A program made the position numbers and the translations under genes. A stretch of DNA of 64,000 nucleotides from Pecten maximus (Eukaryota), in the NCBI RefSeq assembly GCF_902652985.1, contig NC_047018.1:3720001-3784000 (forward strand), written 5' to 3'. Position 1 is the stretch's first letter; each line of letters starts with the position of its first letter. Under the pieces are notes generated by a model, which was given only the letters and a program-made list of their open reading frames with translations, did not search any database and was not told the DNA's origin. This document shows positions 1 to 12,100 of this stretch, piece after piece.

Positions 1-57
1 TCAGCCAATGAAAAACGACGTTACAAATGGTGACGTCATTTTTACGTAATGAGATGA

Positions 58-442
58 CAATCTCTCCCAGGGTTCCTTGCGCTATGCCCCATTCACCTCT
101 GTCAACGTCTCACAAAGTACGCCAAATCGCGACGTTATGTATTGTTATGTGCATTATGACGTCACATAACACAGCGGCCGGCGTATGCAAATCGTGACAA
201 TTGGCTCACAAATACCCGTCCGCGATATAAAATCCATAACGTTTATGTAAATATTCTAACGGTCTGGTTATTTTCACGAACAATTAGAAATATTTTATAA
301 ATGAACCAAACAGAAAGAAGTTAAGAAATGCTTTAAAAATATTATCAATGGTCTGAAATACGTTTTACAAGAATCTTGAAATTCTGGTGAGACGTTGACA
401 GAGGTGAATGTAGCAGAGCGCAATGCACCCTGGGAGAGATTG
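58..442. mobile_element. MITE, non-autonomous DNA transposon with 9-bp TSD (AcademH-like)
   Basis: ~55-bp terminal inverted repeats (caatctctcccaggg...gtcaacgtctcac / gtgagacgttgac...ccctgggagagattg). Perfect 9-bp flanking direct repeat ATGAGATGA at 49-57 and 443-451. Superfamily inferred from termini and TSD length only. Confidence 0.85.
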
Positions 443-686
443 ATGAGATGATAACGTTATTTTTTCAGTCAAAAGAAATGCTTGTTGCAAGGAAAATTGA
501 ATTTTATATATACAAAGTTTAATATGATTGAAGGCAAAGCCTTGGAAGAGCGCAGTTACATATGTAATCTTTTAAACTAATTAAAACAGCGTTACTCGGA
601 TTAGCATTCGTACTGTCAACTGCAGAACTGATCAAACTGATTGCCTGTATCGAAATTCTCTGGAAATAGTAGCGTCATCTTTGACG

Positions 687-803
687 TAGACTGGATTACC
701 TGCCTTAGTACCAATTCTCTCCGCTAGGCTGCGCTCATTAATACTAATTTTCGGAGCGAAGCCTAGCGGAGAGAAGAAAAACTACGGCAGGCAATCCAGT
801 CTA
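687..803. mobile_element. MITE with TAG...CTA termini and 9-bp TSD (AcademH-like)
   Basis: Termini tagactggatt / aatccagtcta. TSD TCTTTGACG at 678-686 and 804-812. Confidence 0.85.
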
Positions 804-1039
804 TCTTTGACGTTGTATTTAATGACGTCACTCATGGCAACAAACAGCGTTATCTCGTATGCGTTTTTGTTTCCGACGCAATTTCAATGCGAAAATAAAA
901 AACAAAAGCAAATTAGTCATACTTTCTTTTTTTTTAATTTAAAGCAAAAGAAATGTGGCTAAAATATTTCCATACTCCAATTAAGTTTTTTTAAAAGATA
1001 GCAACTTCCGGTGACTTTGGTTTAAGGTTATTTCATCAT

Positions 1040-1181
1040 TAGACTGGATTGCCTGCCGTATTTTTTCTACTCTCCGCTAGGCTTCGCTCCAAAAATACAA
1101 CTACGCGAAATTCTTTGAAATTAGTATTAATGAGCGCAGTCTAGCGGAGAAAATTGGTACTAATGCAGGTAATCCAGTCTA
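1040..1181. mobile_element. Second copy of the same MITE family, inverted relative to 687-803
   Basis: Same termini. TSD TTTCATCAT / TTTCACCAT (1031-1039, 1182-1190; one mismatch). Internal sequence is the reverse complement of the 687-803 copy plus about 25 bp. Confidence 0.85.
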
Positions 1182-1867
1182 TTTCACCATGAAATACTAC
1201 TTCCGGTTTTGGACCATTAGACCATCTTTGTCCGTATGTATGGAAAGGGAGGCAACTCTTTTTAGAGGTACCACTTATCAGTCATAGACAGAGCTCCGCT
1301 CGCGGCCCTTCGAGCTGCGCTCTTATAAAACTTGGTTTAGTACCCTTACCTCACCATGCTTTAAATTCATTATCAGCGTTATAGATACATAACCTTGCAA
1401 ATAGTTGTAGATAACTTCTCATAAGGGCCGTTCAAGTAGCACTTAATTCCAGGTACCTACTTTCTAAACACAACTTTAAAGAGCTTTTTTGTTACTGAGA
1501 AGACGTCGTTTGAACGAAAAGTGTTCGTGCAGCGGACGACGACGGACAGAGCAAGATGGCTATCTGTCATCCTGAACCTCCGAGTCAGATGACCTTAGTG
1601 ATAGGTATCAATGTATCATGAAAAAGAAACAAACAATGTTTCCATACAACGTCTATCAATTATTTAATCACGCATACTAAGAAATTGATAATTAATCACA
1701 TGTAAGTAATCTAACAATCAAAACATTAACACTTAAAGCTATCTAATGAAGTAGAGATTCGAATGCATTATATCTTTTTTTATCTATATGCATCAAAATA
1801 AGATCCACACTCAAATCCTGAAAGGTTAGCATGTAGATTGTTCCAATATTATGAACGTAATCATTCT

Positions 1868-3937
1868 TTATTGAGGTCCATTAAATTGGTCAAACATCTG
1901 TATCAAAGCAATCAAGAACTCATCAGCATCCCTTAGTGTTTGAATACGAGGAATTTCGTCTCTAGCCATTCCAGTTGCAAGTTCAAGAATTTGCAGCAAC
2001 TCATCTTTACAACCTCGAGACGGATATTCTGTTGTGTATTCACTTGCGATTTCGTCTATGGTCTCCAAATTACAAGGAAGTGGATGAGAGCAATCAGAAG
2101 TTTCGTAGATATCAGGTTGATGGTAAAGTACATCTGGGATTCCGTGAGGTATTCGGAGTTGTCGTTGGGCTCTGATTCGGTGAGAGTTCCAGTTCAAGAC
2201 GAATATATCCAATTGTTCTTGAATGATGGGTAAATAACAAAATCGTATGCATTCAATATGCAGAGGATTTGTTGTATCCAACATGCCGCTATCTCTCATG
2301 TCTTGGAATTTATTTCTCCAAAAGTCAGTGAATGTAGTTCTTAAGGTACCCCATAAACGTTCAATTCGTTGGTTACCGCTTGATCTGGCTGTAATGTAAC
2401 TTCTAATGCCGTCCATTTCATCACCGTGATGCATTCGGAGACTCGTTTGCAAGTCCTTTACTAATACATTCTCGGTACCAGCATCTCCTCTTACAATGTG
2501 CGGAACCCTTCCCAGCGTGATGATGAACTTAAGATATAAGTTTGCAATTAATTTTGGATTGTTATTAGAAAATCCAGCTTTTAACCACAATATCTTTCTT
2601 GAGAATCCATCTATAGCTCCATGAATAGCAACACCAAACGGTTTAAGCTTATCATATCCATCGATGTGTACGAGGTAGTTAGGACCTTTGCTATAATATA
2701 ATCTCCGTCTTAAGCAACGTCTTGATCTCAGATACACTCCTTCTACGTCCATGATGCTTAAACATGCTCTTACTGTGTTCTGAGTTACTCTTATCCCATG
2801 GACAACATTTAGTAATCTCCACATTGCTTTGTAACCTAAATTGCAAAAACCATCTCGGTGCATATCAATAATTTTCTGTATTATTATTTGTAATGGAACT
2901 TCACATGCGTGTCTCCTTAATCCAAGTCTTAATTTCATTCTTTTCAGTGTTGACGTACTTATGAGAACTCCATGAACAAACAAAAGAAAACCGCATATTT
3001 CGCGTGAATTATACAAAAGTCCGAAGTAGTATCTGACTAGGTCTTCAACTTGTGCATTATCGCCTGGGTATGGAATAACAGCCTCTGACCGCATTAAACA
3101 ACACAGAAATATCAGGTACTGAAAATAGAACCACATTATTTTGATATATATAAGCACCTTTATAAGCTTAGTACACATACAGCTATAAATAATGCACGAT
3201 ATACACAAAGAAAACCTCATTTTAAGTTATGGAGATAAGCCTCAAACTGTGTAATATGTGTGAGAATGAACAGTATCCGTCAGGGCCGAGATTTGTTCAT
3301 TCTCACACATATTTCACAGTTTGAGGCTTATTTCTAACTTAAAACATAGCCATCCTTTGTGTTAATATAGAACACATATACGTTTAATTTAAACCAGAAA
3401 TGCAGCCTTTTGTTTATTAACTTTCTAAAACAATGCAAACTCTAGAGCAACATACTAGTAATATATGCAGGTGCATTTTGTGCAAGTTAACAAGTTTTGT
3501 TCTCATTCAATTTTTCCCTATTTTGCTTTGAAATACAGAAAATGTGACCTTTTGTTTGTTGCTTAATGCGAATACAAGGGGATTATGACGATATTACCTT
3601 TTACTTTGTTATATGTTACTGTGTTATATTAGAGTCACATATAAGACGGTAAAAGGTAACATTTAGAACAGTTACAGGAAAATAATTTTGCATATGTAGA
3701 TATTTCTTTTTTTTTTTTTAACAAATCAAGAATTTATCGATCTTCAATATAAATAGACAAACAAAAACAATAAAGCTTAGTTATAGTAATTCACTCATAT
3801 TGTTTTCATCAAATACATTGTATTTTCATTACGTTCATGATAATAAAATCCTTGGCAAACTATGTAAATTACTTGTATCATGCATATACTTATTTGTACT
3901 GCATTAACAGTGTTGAACCTACCTTTGATAATTCCAT
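1868..3937 (-). CDS. Integrase-core (DDE) transposase, IS3EU-like, about 421 aa
   Basis: Uninterrupted ORF with an N-terminal HTH-like region (LVRYYF...EICGFL...HGVLISTSTLKR) and DDE motifs HIDGYDKLKPFG...IDGFSR, RGDAGTEN and NQRIERLW. Proposed exon 1 3923-3937 (MELSK|gtaggt) splices in frame to the acceptor ttttcag| at 3118; exon 2 1868-3118. Exon 1 is less certain than the main ORF. Confidence 0.85.
3233..3332. repeat. Palindromic hairpin element with ~40-bp arms, in the transposase intron
   Basis: agataagcctcaaactgtgtaatatgtgtgagaatgaaca is the near-perfect reverse complement of tgttcattctcacacatatttcacagtttgaggcttattt, with a ~20-bp spacer. Confidence 0.8.
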
Positions 3938-4029
3938 CTTTATTATCAGCGTCGCCAACATCCAGCTATAAACTCATGCATGGACATCACCAATGATGAC
4001 TGTACACGAAGGAAGTTACCAAGTGATTT

Positions 4030-4360
4030 CACAACAAGACAACATCATGATGTCGACTTCTTTATGTTTCAAAGACAAGTCAATTTGATCATGTCGACAT
4101 GGTGTTATAACTTTTGTTATACGGGCGACTTTATTAAGTCGTCTTTATGTCTAGATCGGTACAAGTCGATTTTGCACTAAGTCGTCTGTCGACTTTCGAA
4201 ACAATTATCGCGATGGTTCATCTCGACATTCTGTGTTCTTTACTGCCAAGTCGAACAAAACATATCGCCAAGTCATGATAAATGCTCGTCATGTCGTTTT
4301 ATTTAAGTCAATTTAAGTAAGTTTTATCACACCAAAAGAAGGTCCAAATACGTTTCCATA
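4030..4360. mobile_element. Probable terminal/subterminal region of the DNA transposon (TCGAC-rich motifs, ends CGTTTCCATA)
   Basis: Repeated (a/t)gtcgac(a/t) motifs upstream of the transposase, ending ...CGTTTCCATA at 4360, consistent with an RTA terminus. The partner TIR was not found. Confidence 0.4.
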
Positions 4361-4489
4361 GATATCAACATTCTTTTTGACGTGTTGATATTCTGTCAAC
4401 GCGTACTGTAATATTCTGTCATTAAACTGTTTCCCTGAAGAACTTTCATCCGAATGCTGATGCAAGGGTGCAACTGATTGGTTAATCTG

Positions 4490-5383
4490 ATAAAGTTAAA
4501 CGCGTTAAGATTTAACGCGTAAAAATGATTATGAACGTGATAAAACTGTCTTTAACGCGTTAAATGAGAACTACGCGTTAAAATAACGCGTTAAATGTGT
4601 TTAACGCGTTAAAGCTTAACGCGTTAAATGTATCTCGTTTTTGACATGAACGGCCTTTCATAGTATGCACTCACCGACACGAAGGTGGCATTTTGTTCTG
4701 GGATATGGTAGTTTTGTCATCTTTGAACATTGATGAGATAATACAGAACATCTCACAATATACCATGTTATAAATGCAGTTTACAGAAAACGAGATGTAG
4801 AGACTGTATTTATCACTCCAACATCCATCAGCCTACTACAAGTATTTGTCGATAGTTCGTCTATCTGGTCGGCTGCCATGGCAACATTGATGACAGTAAA
4901 TATTCCTACAACTGGCAAATATAAACACACGATTAGAATTTAAATATAAAAGTAAACAGTAGTAAATTATTTAAAAGATAACAACAATAATTACGATAGC
5001 AATAGTTGACGGTAGAGTCAATTCTCTCCAGAAAACTGGCTCTGGCAGCCATACTGTTAGTCCTTTAAATACATAGTAGATACAGGGAATTCGATTGGTC
5101 TGTTATTTTAGTCATTTTAACGCGTTAAAACAAAAGCTACGACTTTTAACGCGTTAAATGAATGAAGCTGTTTATCACGTTAAATGCTAGCTAAGTAACA
5201 AATTTAACGCGTTAAAATTCCATGGAAAACATTTAACGCGTTAAAGCTTAATGCGTTAAAGCTTTACGCGTTAAAACTAGTTTTAACGCGTTAAATGTTA
5301 TGTTTAACGCGTTAAATGTGTTTTACGCGTTAAAGCTTAACGCGTTAAATGTATCTCGTTTTTGACATGAACGGCCTTTCATA
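4490..5383 (+). repeat. Two related element ends with TTAACGCGTTAA palindrome arrays
   Basis: Arrays at about 4495-4630 and 5115-5350, each ending in the identical gtatctcgtttttgacatgaacggcctttcata (ends at 4662 and 5383). Confidence 0.75.
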
Positions 5384-5393
5384 ACTCACCTAC

Positions 5394-6205
5394 ATGTACA
5401 TCACATGTAAACTCATGGAACTTGTCATAACAAGCACCATAATGAACCACTTGGAGAACAATAACATTTTATACAACCTACAACACGGATTTCGTTCTTC
5501 AAGATCTTGTGAAACACAACTTACTATACATTCATCCATGACCTTGCCCAAAACGCTAACACAAACACACAAACATACATGTACATCACCATCAAGGACT
5601 TTGCCAAAGCCTTTGACAAAGTACCACACGAAAGACTTCAGTACAAATTAAATTTTATGGGATTACACGGAACACACTCGCATGGATAACAGACTTCTTA
5701 ACACACCGCACCCAAACAGTAGTACTTGATGGGAAACACTCAGATAAAATACTAGTAACACCAGGAATATCCCAAGGAGCCTGTTTGGGACCCATCCTCT
5801 TCCTCATTTACATAAATGATTTACCAGATTATTTTAAACACAACACCCTCAGACTATTTGCAGATGACAGCATCATTTACAAAACAATACACAACATCAA
5901 TGACGCGACCAAACTACAACAAGACACAGTCGCATCAGGCAAATGGGAACACGATTGGCTGATGACCTTTCACCCCGACAAATGCAATATCATATCCACA
6001 TCCAACAAACGCACAAAAATTAAATACCCATACAAACTCCACAACCACACATTACAACAAGTAGATTCCAGAAAGTACTTAGGCATAACATCACAAAACA
6101 ACCTAAATGGGACACGCATATAAACAACATCACATCAAACGCAAACAAATCACTAGGATTTTTGAAACGGAACCTAAAAATTAACTCAGAACTTCTTTCC
6201 TCACA
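5394..6205 (+). mobile_element. Decayed non-LTR retrotransposon reverse transcriptase fragment (CR1/Jockey-like)
   Basis: QHGFRSSRSCETQL, DFAKAFDKVPH, QG..LGPILFLIYINDLP and LRLFADD across frameshifts. Confidence 0.9.
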
Positions 6206-6314
6206 CAATTACACAATGGAACCTCCTCCCGCTAGCAGCAGTACAGTGCACCACACTAGAAGGCTTCAAGGCACACATACCACACTCAGTCCTTGAACCC
6301 CTCATAAACAAACA

Positions 6315-7269
6315 CTAGGCCAAATAAAAAAAAAATCCTTTTAACTTTGCATGAAGCCACGTACTGTTTACGCTGCCACTCATCCCATACCAGATCACTG
6401 TACGTTTGATTCTTTCAAGAGTTTTAGTCTGCCCAAAATGGCGAAAAGATGGGAGGCCGTGAGCCTTCCCGAGGAAGTCCTGTTGCATACTATTGGGAGA
6501 TATGAACAATAGTTTGAGCCAGCCGGGTACCACACACTGTTTCTACATTTCACCTGCGAACGGCCTCCCCACTAATGTCGGGACTACCGGGCTAGCGAGA
6601 CGCAGCTTGTGTTGTTCGGGGATCTCGTCCGACTCAAACCATGAAATGAGCGTCGCCAAATCCTTACCTTCAAGCTGCCGTTCTTTCAGATCTTCCGGTT
6701 TCAAATATTCAGTCCAGTTTGACTCTAAAGGCACCGCTACCCTTCTTAGAGATAATGGAACCACATAATCAACGTCTTCCTCAAACGTCCCTCACTTCTC
6801 CTGCGCCCGAGAGCAGTATCTACAACCCCCACAAGGTAAGGCATCCAAAGGGATATATCCGCGGTAACACTTGCGCTCCGACAGTCTGTCAGGCACACGG
6901 GAGAGACCATCTGCATTGATATGCTCTTTTCTCGGACGATGCTGGATAATCATCGCGTAGGCAGACAATTCTTCAATCCACCGCGCTAGTTGGCCCTCAA
7001 TATGCTTGAAACTAAGAAGCCAAGTCAAACGGCTATGATCTGTCCTGAACGATAAAAGGTCTGCAGAGCAAGTAATGACGGAACTGTCTGGTGAAGGTCA
7101 CGACTGCGAGGAGTTGTTCCTTGCGAGTGGTATAATACTTTCTCTGGCAGGGTTTCAGGACTTTGCTTGCGAATGCGATAGTTCGCTCCCTTCCCTCCTG
7201 CATTTGAGACAACTCTGCCCCTATATACCACCATCCTTCTTTCTGACTAAAACTGGTGGTGTTGCCCAC
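6315..7269 (-). mobile_element. Decayed Gypsy-type LTR retrotransposon pol fragment (RNase H to integrase zinc-binding region)
   Basis: IAFASKVL..YYTTRKE.LLAVV.F..QFRHYL, GQLARW.EELS.Y...IQHRP...H.NADGLSR and H..HFG..KTLERI....W.GM, split by frameshifts. Confidence 0.9.
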
Positions 7270-7589
7270 TCAGAGGAACTGGGCTGATCTCAACCCGACC
7301 ATAGTCTGCTGATCTCAACACGACCATAGTCTGGTGACCTAAACCCCAACGTAGTCTGATTCGGAAATAGGAAGTATTCGAAAAACAACTACTGTGCATA
7401 AAGCATAACATATCACAACAAGAGATGACAGTTGAACGACCAGACGTCTTACAAACTTTGTTGAACTAGGACGACGAAAATCTGTCTATAAGATTTTGGA
7501 TCTCAGGAAATTAAAATGCAGGGCTCGGTTGAAACGCGAACTCGTACAAGGGATGGTAGCTGTACATTATAAGTTTTGAAGTTTCAGGG

Positions 7590-7856
7590 CAGTGGAGTAT
7601 GGTCGCCGTCTGGTTACGTACGTACTAGTTTGGTTCAGTGGAGCATGTCGCCGTCTCGTTACGTACGTATTAGTTTGGTTCAGTGGAGCATGGCCACCGT
7701 CTGCTTACGTTCGTATTACATGTAGTTTGATTTAGTGGAGTATGGTCACCGTCTGATTACGTAGGTATTAGTTTAGTTCAGTGGAGCATGTCGCCGTCTA
7801 GTTACGTACGTATTAGTTTGGTTTAATGGAGCATGTCGCCGTCTCGTTTCGTACGT
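7590..7856. repeat. Minisatellite, ~45-bp unit, ~6 copies
   Basis: Unit cagtggagcatgtcgccgtctcgttacgtacgtattagtttggtt. Confidence 0.85.
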
Positions 7857-8333
7857 AAGGGCGTGTCCCGGAAATTCGAAGAAGTAAGTAGTTGAAGTTG
7901 CTAAAAGGGAGTTAACAATTTTTTGTCCATTGAGACCCATGATATAATGATACTTTCCACCTCTATTAAAGACTTGCGTGTTCGTGAGGTTTTCTCGACA
8001 AGTTATATTTCTTCTACTTTATCAATTTTATGTAATGGATAAGAAGTTTTTCGTTTTAACAGACACGTCTGGCCTGTTTTGCAGTTGGTAGTCTCCTCTT
8101 TGTGTCAATATCGGGCAGATCATGTATGTCTAGTGACAAAGGGACTGGCCACTTTTAAAGGGACTGACGATCGGTAGATTTAAACATGACCTTGGCAAAT
8201 TTAAAAAGGAAGGTTACGGTATTATATGACCAGTTACCTGTCAGTATAGAAGAGGTCAAACAGCTTATTTGCTGAATGAACTCCGGAGATTTCATCTGAA
8301 ATCACAGGGGCGTGGGTGTTCAACAGAAATCAT

Positions 8334-8593
8334 TCACAGGGGTTCGTTACAAATGATATATGAGATAGGCTGTATATATTTATATGATATATGATTAGAT
8401 AATATACATGCAAGACCCATCTCATATGGTATTATACCATTTGTAACGAACCCCTGTGAGCCATTCATAAATAGCGGGCCAAAGATAGCACCGGATTCGT
8501 TATTGGTTATTGGCCAGTATTCGATCTGGCAGCGGATTCGTTATTCGAATCCTCAATAACCAATAACGAATCTGCTGCTAACTTCAGCCCGCT
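8334..8593. mobile_element. Two adjacent short inverted-repeat elements (MITE-like)
   Basis: tcacaggggttcgttacaaatg / catttgtaacgaacccctgtga (about 8334-8459) and tagcggg...gattcgttattggttatt / aataaccaataacgaatc...cccgcta (about 8472-8594). No clear TSD. Confidence 0.6.
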
Positions 8594-9121
8594 AAACAAG
8601 CTAAATGTTTACCATATCAATATAGTGTAACCATAGGTGTCCAATAACCTGTTGTTATAAGCTTTCAGGACTACCGAGAAACTTGATAGAATCTACTCCT
8701 TCCTGTTTCCAGAGTGAGAATTCAACTCTCCAGTGGACGTTTTGGCATCAAGCGTCACTGACGAGTCATCAGAGTGATGTCCCCAGCATTGATTTATCGT
8801 CGAAATATATTATGGGGGTAAGTGCACTTTCCCAATTGATAGTGCTATGTATTGGATATTAAAACATCGACGGAATCGGTACAGTTTAAGTTAATACACT
8901 GGGTAAATCTGTGGCCAGAACATTGCTTCGGAAAACTAATATGTATATAAATAAATCAATATCCGATCTCATTTTTAGACATTTTCTCTTTACATACTTC
9001 ATACATATACAAGCAAATAGTAGTGTTACCAATCGAATATACGTATAATAAAAAAAAACTAGACATAGACCTATGTATTTCTGTATACGGAATTGCAGCT
9101 CTGTATGTCAGTATGACGTCT

Positions 9122-12100
9122 TCAACATCCTCCCCTGTAAATGAAATATAAATGTGTTAACGACACATAACCGATAGGACTATCCATCTAATGAACTTTC
9201 CGTATTAGAGAAGCAGTGTTCAGACCAAAATATGGAATAAAAAGAAACGTTTATTAATTTCTTTGACTTCTTTTAGACTATTGCCCTTTCCCAATCTTAT
9301 TACTGCCATACGCACAGTTTAACAGCGAAGATAAAATTTTAAGGTAACTTTTAAGATTGTCGCCTGCACAGAGATCTAAACTTCTACAAGTAGGATGTTT
9401 GGTTTGATTTGGTTTCAGTATTGTTTGATGTCCTATTAACAGCCAGGGTAACTTAAGGATGTTAGAAATAATTACGTAATTTTACACGAAACAAGTCACC
9501 ATATACTCTACTCACCTGCACGTTGCGTAACAGTTCTGAGACATGAAGGCGGCGAAGGCACTGACGGGAGAACAGAAACCCATACGTTTCCTGTCCTCAC
9601 AGTAAGACTTGGGATAGTTGTCTCCACACGGCACTTAAATGATAGATCATTTCCGAAAGATTAAACGTAAACATATGATAGTCTTGATATCTTGAGGTTA
9701 AATATGAAAAGCTGGATGTACATAAAGATTCAATATAATATATCATAATGTTGCAAATCATTCATGATTATGGTTAAATTTTAGAAATATTCGCTCGTAA
9801 AATAAAATATACATTTAAACCTCGCCATATGGACGTATACGGAGTACATGTATATTATCTACTATCATTAAGATTCAATTTCAAACAATTTCAAACAATT
9901 TCATTGACATACAAACTGATGACAGAAGGACTGGATACCAATAGAGATATGGTGCTCCAATCATCCTTATTTTTATTATTAATATACTCCTACCTTATAC
10001 ATGTCCCCGGGTAACTTAATATACTTGACTCCTACCTTCAGTGGTGGTGAGTACTGGCGCCAAATGTAAGTCGTCCTTGCTGATAAAGCCCATCTCTAAC
10101 AATGTAGTGACATACTTCTGTGTCGCCATACTCATGGCCTCCTAGATGTCGTACAAAAATGGGGATAAGATATACCTAAAATCAAGCATTGGGTGGGGGC
10201 TGCGATATATATACGTTACAATGTTTTCAATTTCATATTTGATTGTGTTTTTTCTACAAAGAAACATTTGGGAAATGATTTGAACCACCCTAAAACTGGG
10301 TACTATTTTGCAATGGTGGCAACGTTTTGCTAATATTTTGCACCCATTTCCCCAATACTGACATATTCAAGTTTCTTCGACTTACACTCAGAGGGTTACA
10401 TAAGGGGACACACAGATTATATAAGGAGAGAATCTACCATCGACTTACAATGTTGTTCAAGGTGAAGTAGATACGTAACTCGGCGCATGGAAGGATGCTT
10501 TTGCCTATTTAATCTTATTATTTTAAATGATGAAAAACATCTGTTTTAAATTCCTCACCTCTAGAGTGGCACCTGTCCCCACCACTGCTATTCCACTGGC
10601 CACATCCTGTATCATCACGCTATTGCCTGTAGCGTTGAGCCTCACACCTCGTCCAAGGACTGTGTGCTGGAAGAAAGAACTTCCTGCTTAGCGGACGTGT
10701 TTAATCATACTTAATGCTAACTTGATGGAAAAATATTGATAGATGCCTCGAGATAATTACTCTAACAGGTAAGGGAACATGCGTAGTAATGATCGCCTAA
10801 AGAAGAGGATTATACTAACCCATCCAATATATAAAACTATATAATTACATATGAATTTTATGATATCACATGACGATAGATCATTTTACTTACATATGGA
10901 TGGTTTCCTAACAAATTGTCACTTAGATATGTCATAAACTGCTTTTCAAGTTGAACAATGCCTTCGGTCAATGGAGCGAGAAAAACTGATGCCGCTCCAG
11001 CCACAGGGTTCACTGCTGCAAGGGCAGCGCTGACACCTGCTGATGCCGCCGCCGAACCTGCTGATGCCGCCGATGTTGCTGCCCCGGTCGATGTTCCACC
11101 TTTCCTAACGTCTACACCTGATGTCAATAGTCTACCGAGTCCTCGGTATTCATGGCCATACACGCTGCACACAAGGAGTACTGAGATGTAAACTGAAAAA
11201 AATGACGTGAAAGAAAGTCAGCAAAAGGAACGCGGAAAAAAATGATACGCTGCGAAATAAGCAATTGATTTCCAGAACTTAGTTTTGGTAACATAAGCGT
11301 TTAAACATTCTATATTTCGATTTCATACGAACACGGACTTAGTTTACGCAATCTTCCTCAACTCCGTCCCCGCACCGTAATCTGTATATTGTAATTGACC
11401 ATTTTGAATTCCTCAACCCGGTCCCCACACCACAATCTGTATATTGTAATTGGCCGTTTCGAAATCCTTAACCCCATCCCCACACCGCAATCTGTGTATT
11501 GAAATTGGCCATTTTGAAATCTTCAACCTCATCAATGACCAACGAACATTTCCTATTACGTTGTCCACTTTTCGCGCAGTTTCGCTTACGTTGTTTTAGT
11601 GCTCTAAACTATCCCTTATCAACTGAAATACTACTCTTCGGAGATAACGAACTCACGTATGATGAAAATCTTTTTTCAGTGTTCAAGAATTTATAATTAT
11701 TTCTAAAATATTTGAATGATTGTTTTTTTCTTGTCCAGTACACAGCTGTTACAACAGGTTGTATATCTCATGTCATGGCATAAAAAGCCTCTCTAATATT
11801 TTTCTTCTAATCTTTTCATCTCTCCTCTTTTCCGAATTTCCCCATTTTTCATCTCTACAAGTATTACATTTGCTCACTTATGTATTCTCCCATGCTGCCG
11901 TTTACTTAATGTGTCATAAAAGGAGACGGATTAATATAAGTTTAATACTTGTTTCCGAATCCCATTCAAATTATGATTGTATGATTGTATATTGCATATG
12001 TATGAATTGAATGAATAAAATAAAGTTTATATTAAATCTTCAACCCCATCGCCACACCGCAATTTAGCCGTTTCGAAATCCGCAACCCCATTCCCACGTC

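Noticed and set aside
3119-3220. N-terminal 34 aa of the 450-aa ORF (MRFSLC...)
   Set aside because: Lies upstream of a good splice acceptor and next to a hairpin insert; probably intronic read-through.
8740-8790. Hammerhead-like remnant (gcgtcaCTGACGAgtc...tgatgtccc)
   Set aside because: Related to the array but lacks GAAA and stems II/III, so it cannot be a functional ribozyme.
10038-10175. Alternative exon 4 acceptor giving VYLIPIF...HHH*
   Set aside because: Stops before ShKT. The 10141 acceptor keeps the frame open into exons 5 and 6.
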